NCBI GenBank assembly: GCA_964016885.1
Contig: OZ024742.1
Coordinates: forward strand, 226,176,001 to 226,240,000
Direction: 5' to 3'
Length of the DNA stretch: 64,000 nucleotides
DNA from: Eledone cirrhosa
Taxonomy: Eukaryota
A model generated the notes under the pieces. It had not been told where the DNA came from, ran no database searches, and saw only the letters and a list, made by a program, of their open reading frames with translations. Each line of letters starts with the position of its first letter. Positions within the stretch are counted from its first letter, which is position 1. Below are positions 61,827 through 64,000 of this stretch, one piece after another. The translations under genes and the position numbers were made by a program.

Positions 61827-63943
61827 TCATCATCATCATCATCATCATCAACGTTTAACGTCCATGTTCCACGCTTGCATGTGTTTGGACGGGGGTATTC
61901 CCACTTGAGGCAAGAGTGATTGTCTTGCTCGCATAGGACTGTCTGGCAGGTTTTCTACAGTTGGATGCCCTTCCTAACACCAACCACATTTACAGTGTGG
62001 GGCTGGGAGGTTTTTACTGTGTTGCCTACACGGCCACATTACAGCGTGGACTGTGTGTTTTTTTGTCGTGACACCTACACGATCTCATTTGTTTCGGCCT
62101 GGATGGCGTGGCACCAACATAACTTTACATAGAACGGGGTGGTGTGGATGGGGTGGGGGTGGTGGGACGGGGTGTATTTTGTTAGAGATGCCTACTGACT
62201 GTAGTAGGTTTTACTTTGTATTTAGGTAAGGCGGGTCTTCTCTGTTACTGAGTACCGCCAAAGGTCTCGGTCCAATGACATTGTCTTGGAGAGGTGTATG
62301 TGTGTGAGGTCGGAGTTTATCAGCTCGTCCCAGGTTTTTCTAGGTCTGCCTATTCCGTGGCTACCGTCTATCTTTATTGCCCTGCACTTTGTTATACAGC
62401 TATCGACTTTCATGCGCATCACGTGTCCATACCAACGTAGCCTTCTCTCGAGTAAACAACATCTGATCCCTCTTATTTCTAATTTTTTCCTTAGTTCGTT
62501 TATGCTTTGCCGTTCACGTATATTACTGTTACACATCCAGCGGAGCATGCAAGCTTCGTTCCTCTCTAGTCTGCGTATATCCTCTGCACACAATGCCCAG
62601 GTCTCACTGCCATGCAACATTGATGTTCATATGCAGGCATCATACAACCTGCCTTTCATTTTTAGGGAGAACCCTTTAGCAGCTAATAGTGGTATAAGCT
62701 CTCTGAACTTTTTCCAACCAGTTCTGACTCTAGCTACTGTACTTTCAGAGCACCCTCCCCCACTGCTGATTTTATCGCCCAGGTAACGGAAGCTGTCCAC
62801 TATTTCTATAGAACCCTCTGCGCAATTGAAAGAGCTAGTATTTTGTGGGCACTTGCTGCTACTTATTGCACCAGAGCACCGGCCACATGTAAAATCTATG
62901 TTCTTAGTTAGCTTACCTGTGATCCCACTACATCTTTTATGCACCCATACTTTGCATTTGGGACATAAAATGGAGTTTCTACCTACGCCTTTCCTACACA
63001 CTGAGCATGGCCATTTCCCAGAAGGGACCGCCGCCTTATTTTCTTTCCTACAAACTAGAACTTTAGTCTTAGCCAGGTTAATTTTAAGTCCTTTTGATTC
63101 TAGGCCGTGCTTCCATGTTTGGAATTTCTTCTCTAGCTCGGCCATTGATTCAGCTATGAGTGTCAGGTCGTCTGCATATAGGAGTTCCCATGGGCAGCCG
63201 GTCTTGAACTCCTCTGTTATAGCCTGAAGGGCAATAATAAATAGTAGGGGGCTGAGAACAGAGCCCTGATGGACGCCAACTTTTACGCTAAACTCTTCAC
63301 TATATTCGTTGTTAATTCTAACCTTGCTGACTGTTTCTTTATACATGGCTTGTATAGCTCTCACAAGTCATTCGTCAACACCTAGTTTTCTAAGAGCCCA
63401 CCAGATAATGGAGCGGGGGACTCTGTCGAAGGCTTTCTCCAAGTCGACAAAAGCTAAGTAGAGGGGTTTACCTTTAGCTAGGTACTTCTCCTGTAGTTGT
63501 CGTACAATGAAAAGAGCGTCTGTGGTACTTTTGCCTGACACAAACCCGAACTGCATTTCATCTCGGTCAATTCTCTCTCTGATTAGTTGCGCTATTACTT
63601 TTTCCGTGACCTTCATGACCTGGTCGATTAATTTAATGCCTCTATAGTTACTCCTATCTAGGGCATCTCCTTTACCCTTATAACAGTTAACGATGATGCT
63701 GCTATGCCAGTCCTTCGGAACAACCCCATTCTGTACGACTTGGTTAACTATGTGGGTGACCATGGTGTGTCACACCGTGCCAGATGCCTTCAGCATCTCA
63801 GCAACTATTTCCGAAGGCCCAGCCGCCTTACCCGTCTTCATATCCTTGATTGCCTTACTTATTATACTCCCCTCGACTAACACTGCTGGTTCCTCTATTG
63901 GGTCGATGTGGGGGAGACTGTCTTTCTCCCATTTATTCTCCTA
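61827..63943 (-). mobile_element. Young 5'-truncated RTE LINE (in-frame stops), same subfamily as 19550-22543
   Basis: ORFs 63368-63763, 62627-63364 and 62222-62620 are nearly identical in protein to the 938-aa ORF; complete UTR and (GAT)n tail. Confidence 0.94.
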
Positions 63944-63964
63944 GATAGATATAGATATATATAA

Positions 63965-64000
<36 letters not shown>

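Overview
AT-rich, microsatellite-saturated animal genomic DNA. Its repeat content suggests an octopod cephalopod, which is an inference. There is one 200-N gap at 43504-43703. The window is almost all transposon-derived: an apparently intact two-ORF Tx1/L1-clade LINE (6782-12575, minus) sitting in a (GATA)n/(GA)n tract; many truncated or decayed RTE-clade LINE copies with (GAT)n tails and a PHD-like Cys/His insert in the RT; fragments of Rex3/Expander-like, CR1-like, R4/Dong-like, mariner and Helitron elements; two tRNA-derived SINE families; several fold-back MITEs; and a probable Penelope-type minimal hammerhead ribozyme. The most unusual structure is a 12.7-kb fold-back (38971-51664). Its arms are arrays of a constant ~58-bp unit separated by variable (GA)n spacers. 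The unit is an in-situ amplified piece of RTE reverse-transcriptase coding sequence (GVIPKDWCSSIIVNCYKGKG), and the decayed parent RTE still adjoins the right-hand array on both sides. No complete host gene is evident; there is one candidate first exon at ~36359-36440 (minus).
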